Part shown: positions 50,147 to 61,419 of the stretch, in pieces
Layout: every line of letters begins with the position of its first letter
How positions within the stretch are numbered: the first letter of the stretch is position 1
DNA from: Alphaproteobacteria bacterium
GTDB lineage: Bacteria > Pseudomonadota > Alphaproteobacteria > MPNO01 > UBA830
DNA length: 64,000 nucleotides
Assembly (NCBI GenBank): GCA_965243135.1
Contig: OZ251539.1
Coordinates: forward strand, 4,704,001 to 4,768,000
Reading direction: 5' to 3'
Notes under the pieces: generated by a model
Told to the model about the DNA's origin: nothing
What the model saw: the letters and a program-made list of their open reading frames with translations, nothing else
Database searches by the model: none
Translations under genes and position numbers: made by a program

Positions 50147-51343
50147 TCAGCCCCAGCTCCAGAAGTCGCGCGCCTCGTCCAGCAGGTAGCGCGCCAGCAC
50201 CATCTTGTGGGTTTCGGAAGAACCGTCCACGAGGCGGGCCTGGCGCGCGTAGCGGTAGATCCATTCGAGCGGCGTGTCCCTGGAGTACCCCTGTGCGCCG
50301 CGCAGCTGGATCGCCGTGTCGACCGCCTTGTGGAGCGTCTCCGACACCGCGATCTTGGCCATCGAGACCTCCTTGCGCGCGAAGTGGCCCGCGTCCAGGC
50401 GGGCGGCGGCGCGCATGGTGAGCAGGCGGCCGACGTCGATCTGCATCGCGGCTTCGCCCAGCAGCCACTGCACGCCCTCGTGCGACGCCAGCGCGTCGCC
50501 GAACGCGCGGCGCTCCCGGACGTAGTCGAAGCACTCCTCGAGCGCGCGGCGGGCCAGCCCGGTCCAGCGCATGCAGTGGGTCAGCCGGGCGGTGCCCAGC
50601 CGGATCTGGGTCACCTTGAGACCGTCTCCGACTTCCATCAGCCTGTTCTCGTCGGGGATCTCGAGGCCGTCGAACTCGATTTCGCAATGTCCGCCGTGCT
50701 CTTCCGGCCCCATGATGGGAATCCGCCGGACGATCTTCCAGCCGGGCTGCTCCGCGTCGAACAGAAACGCCGTGAGGCCTCTGCGCTCGTCGACCGAGGT
50801 GCGGGCGACGAGAATGAAATGCTTCGCCTCGCCGGCGCCCGTGATGAACCATTTGCGTCCGCGAACCGTCCAAACGCCGCCCTTCTTCTCGGCCGTGGTG
50901 CGCATCATCGAGGGATCGGAACCGGACCCCGGCGCCGGTTCGGTCATCGCGAACGCGGAACGCGCCTCGCCGTCGACGATCGGTTGCAGCCACCGGTCCT
51001 TCTGGGCTTCGGTCCCGATCCGTTCGAGGACGATCATGTTGCCGTCGTCGGGCGCCGCCGAATTGAAGCAGACCGGGCCAAAGATCGACCGGTTCATTTC
51101 CTCGTAGCAGGCCGCGAGCCCGATCGCGGGCAGTCCGCCGCCGCCGCGGGCGACCGGCATCTGCAAGGCCCACAGCCCGGCCTCCTTCACCCTCTCCCGG
51201 ACGCGCTCGAGAACGTCTTTCGCGATGTTCTCGTGCTCGTCGTAATTGGCCCTATCTTTTTCGAGAGGAATGACGTGGTCGTCCACGAACGCGCGCACGC
51301 GTTCGCGAACGGCGTCGATCTCCGGCGGCAGCGCAAAGTCCAT
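50147..51343 (-). CDS. Acyl-CoA dehydrogenase
   Basis: NSAAPDDGNM, SAFAMTEP, GRKWFITGA, ARLVDGSSETH. Confidence 0.93.
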   Translation of the reverse strand: MDFALPPEIDAVRERVRAFVDDHVIPLEKDRANYDEHENIAKDVLERVRERVKEAGLWALQMPVARGGGGLPAIGLAACYEEMNRSIFGPVCFNSAAPDDGNMIVLERIGTEAQKDRWLQPIVDGEARSAFAMTEPAPGSGSDPSMMRTTAEKKGGVWTVRGRKWFITGAGEAKHFILVARTSVDERRGLTAFLFDAEQPGWKIVRRIPIMGPEEHGGHCEIEFDGLEIPDENRLMEVGDGLKVTQIRLGTARLTHCMRWTGLARRALEECFDYVRERRAFGDALASHEGVQWLLGEAAMQIDVGRLLTMRAAARLDAGHFARKEVSMAKIAVSETLHKAVDTAIQLRGAQGYSRDTPLEWIYRYARQARLVDGSSETHKMVLARYLLDEARDFWSWG

Positions 51344-51355
51344 GTCCGCGATTCC

Positions 51356-52114
51356 CTATAGTCCGCTCAGGCCGAGGCCGCCGTCGACGGTGACGACCGC
51401 GCCGGTCATGTAGCCGCCCGCGGAGGAAGCGAGCAGCAGCAGCGCGCCCTCGAGATCGTCCGTCGCGCCGAAGCGGCGCTGCGGCACGCGCCGCCTGAGT
51501 CGCTCGCCGGCCTCGCCGGCGAGAAAGTCGCGGTTGAGGTCGGTCTCGACGTAACCCGGCGCGATCGCGTTGACCGAAATCCCGTGGCGGGCGAGTTCCA
51601 GCGCCATAGTCCGGGTGAGCTGGTCGATCCCGGCCTTCGACGCGGCGTAGGCGTGCACCCGCCCGGCGGCGGTCCTTCCCAGGATCGACGAGACGTTCAC
51701 GATCCGCCCGCCGATTCCGTGCGCGATCAGGCGACGGGCGACGGCTTGCGCCGTCAGCCAGCAGCCGGTCAGATTGGTCTCGATCACCCGCGACCAGTCT
51801 TCGGTCCCGGTATCGACGAGCGGCTTGTCGACGACCAGTCCGGCGTTGTTGACGAGAATCGCGACCGGCCCGAATTCGCGCTCCGCGGCGTCCAGCGCCG
51901 CTTCGATGCTGTCGGGTTCGGTCACGTCGAGCGCGACGGCGCGGGCGCCGTCGCCGATCCCGGCCGCCGCCTCTTCGCAGTTCGCGACGCGGCGCGCTCC
52001 CAGAACGACCGACGCGCCGGCCGCCGCCAGCATGCCGGCGAAAGCCCGCCCGAGGCCCGACGAAGCGCCGGTCACCAGCGCGGTCCGTCCGCCGAGCGAA
52101 AAATCCGCCGTCAT
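51356..52114 (-). CDS. SDR family oxidoreductase
   Basis: TGASSGLG, NNAG, YAASK. Confidence 0.92.
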   Translation of the reverse strand: MTADFSLGGRTALVTGASSGLGRAFAGMLAAAGASVVLGARRVANCEEAAAGIGDGARAVALDVTEPDSIEAALDAAEREFGPVAILVNNAGLVVDKPLVDTGTEDWSRVIETNLTGCWLTAQAVARRLIAHGIGGRIVNVSSILGRTAAGRVHAYAASKAGIDQLTRTMALELARHGISVNAIAPGYVETDLNRDFLAGEAGERLRRRVPQRRFGATDDLEGALLLLASSAGGYMTGAVVTVDGGLGLSGL

Positions 52115-52142
52115 CGTCTCCGCTGCCGGGCCGCCCGCGGCC

Positions 52143-53003
52143 TCACAGCGCCGCCAGCCAGTTCGCCAGTCCCGTGCCGATTTCCTCGGGAGAGTCTTCC
52201 TGAACGAAATGGATTCCCGGCACCGTGATTTCCGTTTGGTTGGGCCAGGCGCGGCAGAACTCCCGCTGCGCGCCGACAAGGATCGCGCCGGGCTCGGCGT
52301 TGACGAACAGCTTGGGCACCGGCGAGACGCTCAGCCAGTCGGCGTAGGATTGGACGATTTCCGTGACGTCCGCAGGCTCGCCCTCGATCGGAATCTGCCG
52401 CGGCCACGTCAGCGTCGGCCGGCGGCCTTCGCCGGGCGCGGCGAACGGTTCGCGATACGCGTTCATCTCGTCGTCGGTCAGCTTCCGCAGGATCGAGCCG
52501 GGCAGGATCCGCTCGACGAAGACGTTGCGCTCGAGCGCGAGCTTCTCCCCCGCAGGCGAGCGCAGGCCGGCGAACACCGATCGCGACGCTTCGGGCCATT
52601 CGTCCCAGGACAACGGACGGACGATCGCCTCCATGTACGCGATGCCGCGAACGGCGTCCCGGTGGCGGTTCGCCCAGTCGAACCCGAGCGCCGACCCCCA
52701 ATCGTGAACGACGAGGACGACGCGATCCTTCACGCCGATTTCCTCCAGAAGCGAATCGAGATAATCGCGATGCTCGACGAAACGGTAGCTGTCCGGTCCC
52801 GACGGATCGAGCTTGTCCGAGGCCCCCATGCCGATCAGGTCCGGGGCGATGCAGCGGCCCATGCCGCTCGCATGGGGAATGACGTTGCGCCACAGGAACG
52901 AGGAGGCGGGATTGCCGTGCAGGAACACGATGGGGTCACCGCTTCCGGTTTCCGTCCAGGCCATCCGGAGGCCGCCGCCGACGGCGTGCTTTCTGGCCGT
53001 CAT
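52143..53003 (-). CDS. Haloalkane dehalogenase (LinB/DhaA-like)
   Basis: [19 protein letters not shown] nucleophile, [21 protein letters not shown]. Confidence 0.9.
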   Translation of the reverse strand: MTARKHAVGGGLRMAWTETGSGDPIVFLHGNPASSFLWRNVIPHASGMGRCIAPDLIGMGASDKLDPSGPDSYRFVEHRDYLDSLLEEIGVKDRVVLVVHDWGSALGFDWANRHRDAVRGIAYMEAIVRPLSWDEWPEASRSVFAGLRSPAGEKLALERNVFVERILPGSILRKLTDDEMNAYREPFAAPGEGRRPTLTWPRQIPIEGEPADVTEIVQSYADWLSVSPVPKLFVNAEPGAILVGAQREFCRAWPNQTEITVPGIHFVQEDSPEEIGTGLANWLAAL

Positions 53004-53004
53004 G

Positions 53005-53787
53005 TCACTTCCCCTGAAACGTCGGCTTGCGTTTGCCGAGGAACGCCGCGATTCCCTCCTTCGCGTCGTCGGTTTTCGAAACGTCGGCGATCATGCGCGT
53101 TTCGCGTTCCATCTGGGTTTCGAGTCCTCCCGACCAGCTTTCCTGGAGCAGCCGCTTGACGCCGCCGTAGGCCCGCGTCGGCCCTGCGGCGAACGCCGTC
53201 GCGCGCGCCGTCGCTTCGTCGGCGAGCGCGTCGTCGTCAACGACGAGATCGATCAGATCCATCCGCAGCGCTTCCTCGGCGGACAGCATTCGGTTGGTCA
53301 GCATCAGTTCGCGGGCGCGCCGCATCCCGACGAGCCGGGGCAGAAACCATGTCGAACTGCCGTCCGGCGAAAGTCCCGCCGCAGTGTAGGCCAGCGTGAA
53401 CCGCGCCGACCGGGCGGCGATCGTGAAATCGCAAGCTGCGGCGAGGCTGACGCCGGCCCCGGCCGCCATGCCGTTCACGGCGCACACCACGGGAGCGTCC
53501 ATGTGCGCCATCCTCGAGATCGCGGCGTGCAGATGACCCGTCATCCGCTTCAGGTCCACGCCTAGCGCTTCTCCCCTGGAAGCGAAATGCCGGAGGTCGC
53601 CGCCAGCCGAGAACATGTCGCCGGCTCCGGTCAGCAACACCGCGCGCACGTCCTCGCGTTCGTCGCACTGGACGAACGCCTCGAAAAGCTCGCGGCAGAG
53701 GCCGGGGGTGAGGGCGTTCGCGGCATCCGGCCGATCGAGGGTAAGCCGCGCGACGCCGCCGCTGACTTCGAATAGGGATTCCGGCAT
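53005..53787 (-). CDS. Enoyl-CoA hydratase/isomerase
   Basis: [23 protein letters not shown]. Confidence 0.9.
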   Translation of the reverse strand: MPESLFEVSGGVARLTLDRPDAANALTPGLCRELFEAFVQCDEREDVRAVLLTGAGDMFSAGGDLRHFASRGEALGVDLKRMTGHLHAAISRMAHMDAPVVCAVNGMAAGAGVSLAAACDFTIAARSARFTLAYTAAGLSPDGSSTWFLPRLVGMRRARELMLTNRMLSAEEALRMDLIDLVVDDDALADEATARATAFAAGPTRAYGGVKRLLQESWSGGLETQMERETRMIADVSKTDDAKEGIAAFLGKRKPTFQGK

Positions 53788-53874
53788 ATCCTTCCTGCTG
53801 CGTTGTCTTGCGCCGCCGCCGCCGATAGGCTGGATTTACACCCGAATTCCACATGGCGCAAAGGAGGCTTGGTC

Positions 53875-55485
53875 ATGCGCGGGCTCATGATGGACAAACC
53901 GCTGCTGATTTCCTCCATTCTCGAATATGCGGCCAGGTATCACGGGACGACCGAGATCGTCTCGCAGACGATCGAAGGGCCGGTTCACCGCTACGGCTAC
54001 GCCGAGGCGCAGGCGCGGGCGAAAAAGCTGGCGCGGGCGCTCGCCGCCCTCGGGATCGGAGAGGGCGATCGCGTGGGAACCCTGGCCTGGAACGGTTTTC
54101 GTCACTACGAGCTCTATTACGGCGTCTCCGGCATGGGCGCCGTATGCCACATGATCAATCCGCGCCTGTTTCCCGGCCAGATCGCCTACATCGTCGATCA
54201 TGCCGGCGACTCGCTGATCTTCGCCGACGCGACGTTCGTTCCGCTGCTGGAAAAAATCGGGACGGCGGGGGACGTCGTCGTGATGACGGACGAGGACCAC
54301 ATGCCGGACGCCTCGTTGCCGCGCGTCCATTGCTACGAGGCGCTGCTGGCCTCTCAGGACGACGACTACGAATGGCCGCGCCTCGACGAGAACGCCGCCT
54401 CTTCGATGTGCTACAGTTCCGGCACGACCGGCAATCCCAAGGGCGTTCTTTACTCCCACCGGTCGACGGTGCTGCATGCTTGGGCGTCGGCCACGCCGGA
54501 CATGCTGGGCCTGTCGGCGAGGGATTCGGTGATGCCGGCGGTTCCGATGTTCCACGTCAACGCATGGGGCCTTCCCTACGCGGCCACGATGGTCGGCGCG
54601 AAACTGGTGCTGCCCGGCGTAAGGATGGACGGCGAAAGCCTGCATCGGTTGATCGAGAACGAGCGCGTGACCCTGTCGGCGGGGGTGCCGACGGTGTGGC
54701 TCGGCCTCCTCGACTACATGGAGCGCGAGGACAAGACCGTCGAGTCCCTGGAGCGCTGCGTCATCGGCGGCTCCGCCACGCCGCGGGCCATGAGCGTCGA
54801 GATGGAGGAGAAGCACGGCGTTCGCGTGCTGCATGCCTGGGGCATGACGGAAATGTCGCCGCTCGGCACGGTCAATACCGCGAAACACGGCATGGAGGAC
54901 GAAACCTCCGAGCAGCGCTACGACCGGCAGGCGAAGCAGGGACGGCCGTGCTACGGCGTCGACATGGAGATCGTCGACGACGAAGGCCGGACGTTGCCTT
55001 GGGACGGCCAAGCGTTCGGCGAACTCAAGGTGCGCGGGTATTGGGTGTGCGAAGGATACTACAGGGGCGAAGGCGACAGCCACGACGACGAGGGGTGGTT
55101 TTCCACCGGCGACGTTTCGACCATCGATGCCGGCGGCTACATGCAGGTTACCGACCGGTCGAAGGACGTCATCAAGTCCGGCGGCGAATGGATCAGTTCG
55201 ATCGAACTCGAGAACATCGCGGTGGGGCATCCCGGCGTGTTCGAGGCGGCGGTCATCGGCGTCCGTCATCCGAAATGGGACGAGCGGCCGCTGCTTGTCG
55301 TCGTCCGCAACGAAGGAAGCGAGGCGACGGCGGAAGAGCTGCTCGCGTGCTATGAAGGCAAGGTCGCGAAATGGTGGATTCCCGACGACGTGGCGTTCGT
55401 CGACGAATTGCCCCACACGGCCACCGGAAAGCTCCTGAAAATGGAGCTCAGGGATAAATTCGCGGACTACGAACTGCCTTCGTGA
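53875..55485 (+). CDS. Acyl-CoA ligase (DmdB/AlkK-like)
   Basis: [33 protein letters not shown]. Confidence 0.9.
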   Translation: MRGLMMDKPLLISSILEYAARYHGTTEIVSQTIEGPVHRYGYAEAQARAKKLARALAALGIGEGDRVGTLAWNGFRHYELYYGVSGMGAVCHMINPRLFPGQIAYIVDHAGDSLIFADATFVPLLEKIGTAGDVVVMTDEDHMPDASLPRVHCYEALLASQDDDYEWPRLDENAASSMCYSSGTTGNPKGVLYSHRSTVLHAWASATPDMLGLSARDSVMPAVPMFHVNAWGLPYAATMVGAKLVLPGVRMDGESLHRLIENERVTLSAGVPTVWLGLLDYMEREDKTVESLERCVIGGSATPRAMSVEMEEKHGVRVLHAWGMTEMSPLGTVNTAKHGMEDETSEQRYDRQAKQGRPCYGVDMEIVDDEGRTLPWDGQAFGELKVRGYWVCEGYYRGEGDSHDDEGWFSTGDVSTIDAGGYMQVTDRSKDVIKSGGEWISSIELENIAVGHPGVFEAAVIGVRHPKWDERPLLVVVRNEGSEATAEELLACYEGKVAKWWIPDDVAFVDELPHTATGKLLKMELRDKFADYELPS

Positions 55486-55491
55486 ATCGCG

Positions 55492-56325
55492 TCACGCCTT
55501 GCCGGCCTCCACGTCCGCAAGAAAGCTCTCGAGGACGCCGTTGAACAGGGCCGGCTCCTCGAGATTGAGCACATGTCCGGTGTCCGGCATGACGAACAGC
55601 CGCGCCCGCGCGATCAGGTTCTTCAGGAACAGGCCCGGGACGAGGCAACGCGCATCGTCGTCGCCGGTCACGATCATCGCGGGCGTCGGGATCGCGCGGA
55701 TCCGTTCCTCCAGATCCCACAGGCCCGGCCGCGCCGCCTGAACGCCGCGCTGCGTCAAGGCGGATCCAGCGTCGGAATGTTCGGCGAGGCGGTCGACGAA
55801 GGCCCGCCATCCGCGCGGATCCTTCCTTTTGAAGTTGCCGCGGCCGGGGGCCGATCCGTACTCTTCGGCGTAGTCGGCGGCGCCGCGCGTCTCGAAGGCG
55901 TCGGCGACCGCGAGCGACAGGGCGCGGAACTCGTCGCGCGTCTCGGGTTCCGCGCCGTAGCCGCAACCGCACACGACGAGCGACAGGGCGCGGTCGGGAT
56001 AGGCCATCCCGAAATGCAGCGCCGCGAAGCCGCCCATCGACAGGCCGACGATATGCGCCTTGTCGACGCCGAGGCAGTCGAGCACGGCGAGCGCGTCGTC
56101 GCGCGCGATGTCCTGGGAATAGCTGGCGGGATCCGTCGGGACGTCGGATCCCGGGTAACCGCGCGCCGAATAGACGATGCAGCGCCGCCGCCGGCCGAAA
56201 TGGGCCACCTGCGGTTCCCATGCCCGATAGTCGCCGGCGAATTCGTGAACGAACAGGATCGGCGCGCCGTCGCCGGTTTCCTCGAAATAAAGCCTGACGC
56301 CGTCGCTTGCCGTCGCGTATCCCAT
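55492..56325 (-). CDS. Alpha/beta hydrolase
   Basis: FVHEFAGD, GLSMGG, GHVLNLEEP. Confidence 0.88.
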   Translation of the reverse strand: MGYATASDGVRLYFEETGDGAPILFVHEFAGDYRAWEPQVAHFGRRRRCIVYSARGYPGSDVPTDPASYSQDIARDDALAVLDCLGVDKAHIVGLSMGGFAALHFGMAYPDRALSLVVCGCGYGAEPETRDEFRALSLAVADAFETRGAADYAEEYGSAPGRGNFKRKDPRGWRAFVDRLAEHSDAGSALTQRGVQAARPGLWDLEERIRAIPTPAMIVTGDDDARCLVPGLFLKNLIARARLFVMPDTGHVLNLEEPALFNGVLESFLADVEAGKA

Positions 56326-56487
56326 GGCCGCACCTCCCATCGCTCCATTATCGCGCATCTTCCCGCGCTTTCGCCAGCGCCCGGCGTCGGCGCGCCGCAG
56401 GGTCCGCTTGCGTCCGGCGGGGGCGGATGGATAATGCCGCGCCATGGGCCGGTACCTGCATATTGGCGCGGTCGGCGGCGCGGCGGC

Positions 56488-57003
56488 GTGACCGCCGCCC
56501 GGTCGACCCTGGTGATCGGCGGCGCGGCATCGGGCAAAAGCGTCCACGCCGAGGCCCTCGTGGCCGGGACCGGCCTGCCGCCGGTTTACGTCGCGACGGC
56601 CGAGGCTCTCGACGACGAAATGGCGGCGCGGATATCGGCGCATCGCGCGCGCCGCGGCTTCGAATGGACGACGATAGAGGCTCCGCTCGATCCGGCCGCC
56701 GCCCTTCTCGAGGCGGACGGCAAGGCCGTTCTGGTCGATTGCCTCACCATGTGGCTCTCGAACCTGCTGTCCGCCGGCCGCGACACCGCCGCGGAAACGG
56801 AAAGATTTCTGACGGCGCTCGCGTCCGCGTCCGGCCCGGTGGTGCTGGTCGCGAACGAAATCGGTCTCGGCATCGTTCCGGAAACCGCGACGACGCGGGA
56901 ATTCCGCGACCGGCACGGGGCCCTCAACCAGGCCGTCGCCGCCGCCGCCGACCGCGTGGTCTTCGTCGCCGCCGGACTGCCGCTTTCGCTGAAGGGCGCG
57001 TGA
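56488..57003 (+). CDS. cobU: Adenosylcobinamide kinase/guanylyltransferase
   Basis: GGAASGKS, YVATA, HRARR, DCLTMWLSN, NEIGLGIVP. Confidence 0.93.
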   Translation: MTAARSTLVIGGAASGKSVHAEALVAGTGLPPVYVATAEALDDEMAARISAHRARRGFEWTTIEAPLDPAAALLEADGKAVLVDCLTMWLSNLLSAGRDTAAETERFLTALASASGPVVLVANEIGLGIVPETATTREFRDRHGALNQAVAAAADRVVFVAAGLPLSLKGA

Positions 57004-57986
57004 CCGCGATCGACCATGGCGGCGACCTTGCCGTCGCGACGAAGAGGTTCGGCCGCCCCCCGGCAGAGTGGATCGATCTTAGCACGGGCGTCAATCCGTG
57101 GCCGTGGCCCGTCGAGCCGGAAGCGGTCGCGGCTCTTCGCCGCCTGCCCGATTCCGGTCAGCTCGGGCGGTTGCGGCGGGCGGCGTCGACGGCCTACGGC
57201 GTGCCGGAGGGGATGCGGCTCGCCGCGGCGCCCGGCACCCAGAGCCTGATCCGCTGGCTGCCCCGCCTGCGCCCCCCCGGCCGCGTCGCCGTTCTTTCGC
57301 CGACCTACGGAGAGCATGCGCCGGCCTGGTCGGCAGCGGGTCACGAGGTCGCGCAACCCGGCCGCCTCCGCGAAGCGCGGGGGGCAGACGTGGTCGTGCT
57401 GACCCGTCCCAACAATCCCGACGGGAAGATCGCGAACCGCGAAGCGGCGCTTTCGCTCGCCCGCGAGCTCGCCGGACGGGGAGGCTGGCTGGTCGTCGAC
57501 GAGGCCTATGCGGACGCCGATCCGGCCGTCTCGTTGCTGAGCGCGGCGCCGCCGGGAACGATCGTTCTTCGGTCGTTCGGCAAGTTCTTCGGGTTGCCGG
57601 GGCTGCGGTTGGGGTTCGCCGTCGCGGATCCGGCGACTGCGGGCGTTCTGACCGAGGCTCTGGGACCTTGGCCGGTTTCCTCCCTCGCTGCGGAAATCGG
57701 CGCGCGGGCGCTCGCCGACGCCGCATGGCAGGCGGAGACGAGGGCGAAGCTGGCCGAAGCGGCGCGGCGCCTGAACGCGCTTCTGGCCGCGGCCGGATTC
57801 GAGCTGATCGGCGGCACGAGCCTGTTCAGGCTCGGCAGGCATGCGGACGCTCCGGCGGCCTACGAACGACTCGGCCGGGCCGGCGTCCACGTTCGCCGGT
57901 TCTCCGAGAACCCGCGCCTTCTGCGATTCGGCCTGCCGGGTCCCGAGCCGCACTGGCAGCGCCTCGAAAAGGCGCTCGCCGCATGA
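57000..57986 (+). CDS. cobD: Threonine-phosphate decarboxylase
   Basis: DHGGDL, DLSTGVNP, PNNPDG, VDEAY, RSFGKFFGLPGLRLG. Confidence 0.9.
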   Translation: MTAIDHGGDLAVATKRFGRPPAEWIDLSTGVNPWPWPVEPEAVAALRRLPDSGQLGRLRRAASTAYGVPEGMRLAAAPGTQSLIRWLPRLRPPGRVAVLSPTYGEHAPAWSAAGHEVAQPGRLREARGADVVVLTRPNNPDGKIANREAALSLARELAGRGGWLVVDEAYADADPAVSLLSAAPPGTIVLRSFGKFFGLPGLRLGFAVADPATAGVLTEALGPWPVSSLAAEIGARALADAAWQAETRAKLAEAARRLNALLAAAGFELIGGTSLFRLGRHADAPAAYERLGRAGVHVRRFSENPRLLRFGLPGPEPHWQRLEKALAA

Positions 57987-58582
57987 GCGTCACGGAATGG
58001 TGGCTGGTCCGGCACGCGCCGACCGTGAATCCCGGCGGCATCGTGTACGGCGCCATGGATCTCGACATAGAGGCGCCGCCGCCGGGACGGTTCGCGGCCC
58101 TGTCGGACATGTTGCCGCGGGAGCCGGCGTGGATGGTCTCCAACCTGTCCCGGACCAGGCGCACGCTCGACGGCATCCTGCGGGCCCGCGGCGTAGCCGA
58201 CGCCGAGATAATCGAAGAGCCCGCGTTCGCCGAGCAGGATTTCGGAAGCTGGGAAGGCCGGCCCCGCGCCGAGGTCTGGGCGGAAATCAGCGCCGCGGGC
58301 GTGAACTGGCCGGGAGACATCCGGCCGCCGGGCGGAGAGAGCTTTTCCGAGGTCGCGGCGCGCGTCGCGGAAGCCGCCGAGCTATGGTCGGACCGGCTCC
58401 GCGGACGTCCCGTCGTCGCGGTGATTCACGCGGGCAGCGTCAGGGGCTTTCTGGCGGCCGCGATGGGAGGGGCCGCGGGGGCCGCGTTGCGTTTCGCCGT
58501 CGATACGCTGTCCGTGACCCGTTGCGACCGCGGCGAGGCGTGGCGGGTGGCGTTCGTCAACCGGCCAGCGCCGCCGCGATGA
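57983..58582 (+). CDS. Histidine phosphatase (alpha-ribazole phosphatase CobC-like)
   Basis: [25 protein letters not shown]; cob context. Confidence 0.8.
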   Translation: MSVTEWWLVRHAPTVNPGGIVYGAMDLDIEAPPPGRFAALSDMLPREPAWMVSNLSRTRRTLDGILRARGVADAEIIEEPAFAEQDFGSWEGRPRAEVWAEISAAGVNWPGDIRPPGGESFSEVAARVAEAAELWSDRLRGRPVVAVIHAGSVRGFLAAAMGGAAGAALRFAVDTLSVTRCDRGEAWRVAFVNRPAPPR

Positions 58583-59321
58583 AGGCGAGGGAGAGGAATT
58601 CGGCGGCTTGCTGGGCCGCGCCGAGAACGTCGCCGGTGTGGCCGCCCAGCATCCGGCGCGCCGCCCAGCCCGTTGCGGCCGCGCCGGCCGCCGCTCCCGC
58701 GAGGCAGCCGGCCCATCCCCCCGGCGCCGCCAGGACGACGACGGCGACGGCGGCGGCGAGTCCCGAGATCCAGACCGGCGCCGCGGGGCGGCCCGCTTCG
58801 GCGGCGAGGCCGTCGCTTTTAGCGGGTTCGGTGGCGGCCATGAGGACCGGCATCGCGGCGCGGCTGGCCGCCGCGGCCGCGACGAGGGCGCCGAGCGCCG
58901 CGGCCGCGTCGCCGATCGCGGCGACGGAAGCGGCCCGCCCGCCGACCGAGACGATCAGCGCCGCCGCCCCGAACGCGCCGATCCGGCTGTCGGCCATGAT
59001 CGCCAGCCGGTTCTCGCGGGCGCCGCCGGCGCCGTCGGCGAAATCCGCCAGTCCGTCCTCGTGCAGTCCGCCCGTCGCGAGAACCAAAGCTGCGACCGCC
59101 GCCAGGGCCGCGACGGCCGGCGGACAGCCGAAGGCGGCGAGAGCCGCGTAGCAGGCGCCGGCGATCGTCGCGACGAGAACGCCGGCGATCGGAAACGCCC
59201 ACATGGCCGCCGCGAGCGGACGGTCGCGGCGCCATTCCGGAGCGGGCAGCCGGGTCAGGAAGACGACGCTCGCGTGGATGTCTTCGAGAGCGAACAGGTC
59301 GCCGAACTTCGTGGCTGCCAT
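58557..59321 (-). CDS. cobS: Adenosylcobinamide-GDP ribazoletransferase
   Basis: [41 protein letters not shown]. Confidence 0.93.
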   Translation of the reverse strand: MAATKFGDLFALEDIHASVVFLTRLPAPEWRRDRPLAAAMWAFPIAGVLVATIAGACYAALAAFGCPPAVAALAAVAALVLATGGLHEDGLADFADGAGGARENRLAIMADSRIGAFGAAALIVSVGGRAASVAAIGDAAAALGALVAAAAASRAAMPVLMAATEPAKSDGLAAEAGRPAAPVWISGLAAAVAVVVLAAPGGWAGCLAGAAAGAAATGWAARRMLGGHTGDVLGAAQQAAEFLSLAFIAAALAG

Positions 59322-59338
59322 GGTTTCCCCGAAATGCT

Positions 59339-60376
59339 ATGCCTTCCGCCCGGAGGAGCGCGTTGCCGGACGATATAGCAAAGCTGTTCGAAGATCTGCC
59401 CGGACCCGACGGCGCCGCCGCCGCCGCCGCGCGCGCGCGGGAAGCCGATCTCGTCAAGCCGTCCGGCGCACTCGGCCGGCTCGAGTCGCTGGCCGAGTGG
59501 TGCGCGGCCTGGCAGGCGCGTCATCCGCCGGCTCTCGACGACGTTCGGATCGTCGTGTTCGCCGGCAATCACGGCGTCGCGCGGCGCGGCGTTTCCGCCT
59601 ATCCGGCGGAAGTCACCGCGCAGATGGTCGCCGGCTTCGAGGCCGGGACCGCCGCCATCAACCAGCTCGCCGCCCTGCACGCCGCCGCGCTGCGGGTCGT
59701 CGGATTGGAGCTCGATCGTCCGACCCGCGACTTCACCGAAGCGCCGGCGATGGACGAAGCGGAGTGCGCCGCCGCTTTCCTCGCCGGTTTCGAGGCCGCG
59801 CCCGGCGAGGCCGACATGCTGGTCGTCGGCGAAATGGGAATCGGCAACACCACCGCGGCGGCGGCGCTGGCCTGCGCCCTGTTCGGCGGCGGCGCGTCGG
59901 ACTGGACGGGTCCGGGGACCGGCCTCGACGCGGCGGGCGTCGCCGTCAAGACGCGGGCGGTGGCGGCCGCGATGGAATTGCACGGCGGCGACATCGACCA
60001 TCCGCTCGAAGCGTTGCGGCGCGTCGGCGGCCGCGAGATCGCGGCGGCGGCCGGGGCGGTGCTGGCCGCCCGGCGAAACCGCGTTCCGGTCATTCTGGAC
60101 GGGTTCGTCGCGACCGCCGCCGCGGCGGTGCTGGAAAAAACCGCGCCGGGCGCGTTAGGCCATTGCGTCGCGGGACATCTGTCCGCCGAACCGGGACACC
60201 GCCGGCTGCTGGCGGCGCTCGGCATGGATCCGCTGCTCGATCTCGGAATGCGGCTCGGGGAAGGGTCCGGGGCGGCGGTCGCGCTGGGCATCGTCAGGGC
60301 GGCGCTGGCGGCGCATAACGGCATGGCCACCTTCGAGGAGGCTTCGGTCGACCGCAAGCGGGGATCTGCGCAGTAA
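59339..60376 (+). CDS. cobT: Nicotinate-nucleotide--dimethylbenzimidazole phosphoribosyltransferase
   Basis: KPSGALGRLE, GEMGIGNTT, MRLGEGSGA. Confidence 0.95.
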   Translation: MPSARRSALPDDIAKLFEDLPGPDGAAAAAARAREADLVKPSGALGRLESLAEWCAAWQARHPPALDDVRIVVFAGNHGVARRGVSAYPAEVTAQMVAGFEAGTAAINQLAALHAAALRVVGLELDRPTRDFTEAPAMDEAECAAAFLAGFEAAPGEADMLVVGEMGIGNTTAAAALACALFGGGASDWTGPGTGLDAAGVAVKTRAVAAAMELHGGDIDHPLEALRRVGGREIAAAAGAVLAARRNRVPVILDGFVATAAAAVLEKTAPGALGHCVAGHLSAEPGHRRLLAALGMDPLLDLGMRLGEGSGAAVALGIVRAALAAHNGMATFEEASVDRKRGSAQ

Positions 60377-60427
60377 CTTTCCGCCGCGAAGGAGGGCGGA
60401 AAGCGATCGCCGTTTCAGGAATTGCGA

Positions 60428-60604
60428 CAGCAATTCCCGCTAAGGCCGCCGCATGTCCGGAAGGTGCGCCGAGAAGGCGAAATTACCAATGGACAAGCCG
60501 CCGCGACAAATCCCTCAGGCAAATCGCACTACCCAGAAAAATCTACGAAAAATTTTTCTGAAACCCATATTTTCCAAGAATTAGAGCTTTAACAGGAATT
60601 GCTG
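60428..60604 (+). mobile_element. MITE copy 1 (~177 bp)
   Basis: Starts CAGCAATTCCCGCTAA, ends TTAACAGGAATTGCTG; near-identical inverted copy at 62795-62967. Confidence 0.85.
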
Positions 60605-61419
60605 GCTATCCGACAGGGCAGCCGGTGCGGCAGAGCCTGTTTCTCAAGCGAGACAACTTCCATGAAGATATGGAGTATCGCCAAAATAAGCACTTGGCGA
60701 GACTCCCATGCTCGATTACGAGCCACAGGTAGCGCTAGACGGCGCTGCAAGGGCCATTGTCAGTGCGGCAATGGACGGCGCTGTGTCCAGCGTCGCCGTC
60801 ACTGAGCGGCGGCGGCTAACAACAGTATCACCAAGAAAGACACGCCGATGTATCCGAACGACCAGATCACGGCGCGGGTCCGACGCTGCCAGAACGCGAT
60901 GACCGCGAACAGCAGGGCGATTACCCAAGTGATTACAGCCAATGCCAACATGACCGAATGATCGCATATCAGCGGGAAATTGCAAGCGCGAAATCTTCTT
61001 TATCGTTCCGCCGCCTTCCGGGTCATTCCCGGTCGAAAGAGGGGGATTTACGGGAGGAGGAGGCAAAATTGCGAGAGCTGCTTTATCAAGCCCGCTATCA
61101 ACTCCGAAGCGCAATACCGGAGGTCGGCAATCCCTGTCGCCAAGGCAGTATGGGGATGGGTTGGCCGGCGGAAGGGACGAGATCTTGAGGATTTCCGCGT
61201 CGTCGAGTCAGCGGGCCGCTCGATTGGATCAAGCTCGCTGTCGCGGGACGACACTTGGGTCGAGACGGCGAGCGACTTGCGCTCGGCACCAAGCGGGAGC
61301 GCCGATGCGGGCGTTCACGGAGGCTGCGAAAGGGCACCTTGATAAAGGCCTACTGCCGCCCTGAGCGCGGAAGCTGCGGAACGTCATGGCAAGGGCAGTC
61401 CTCCGACCCGTCAAGCGCC

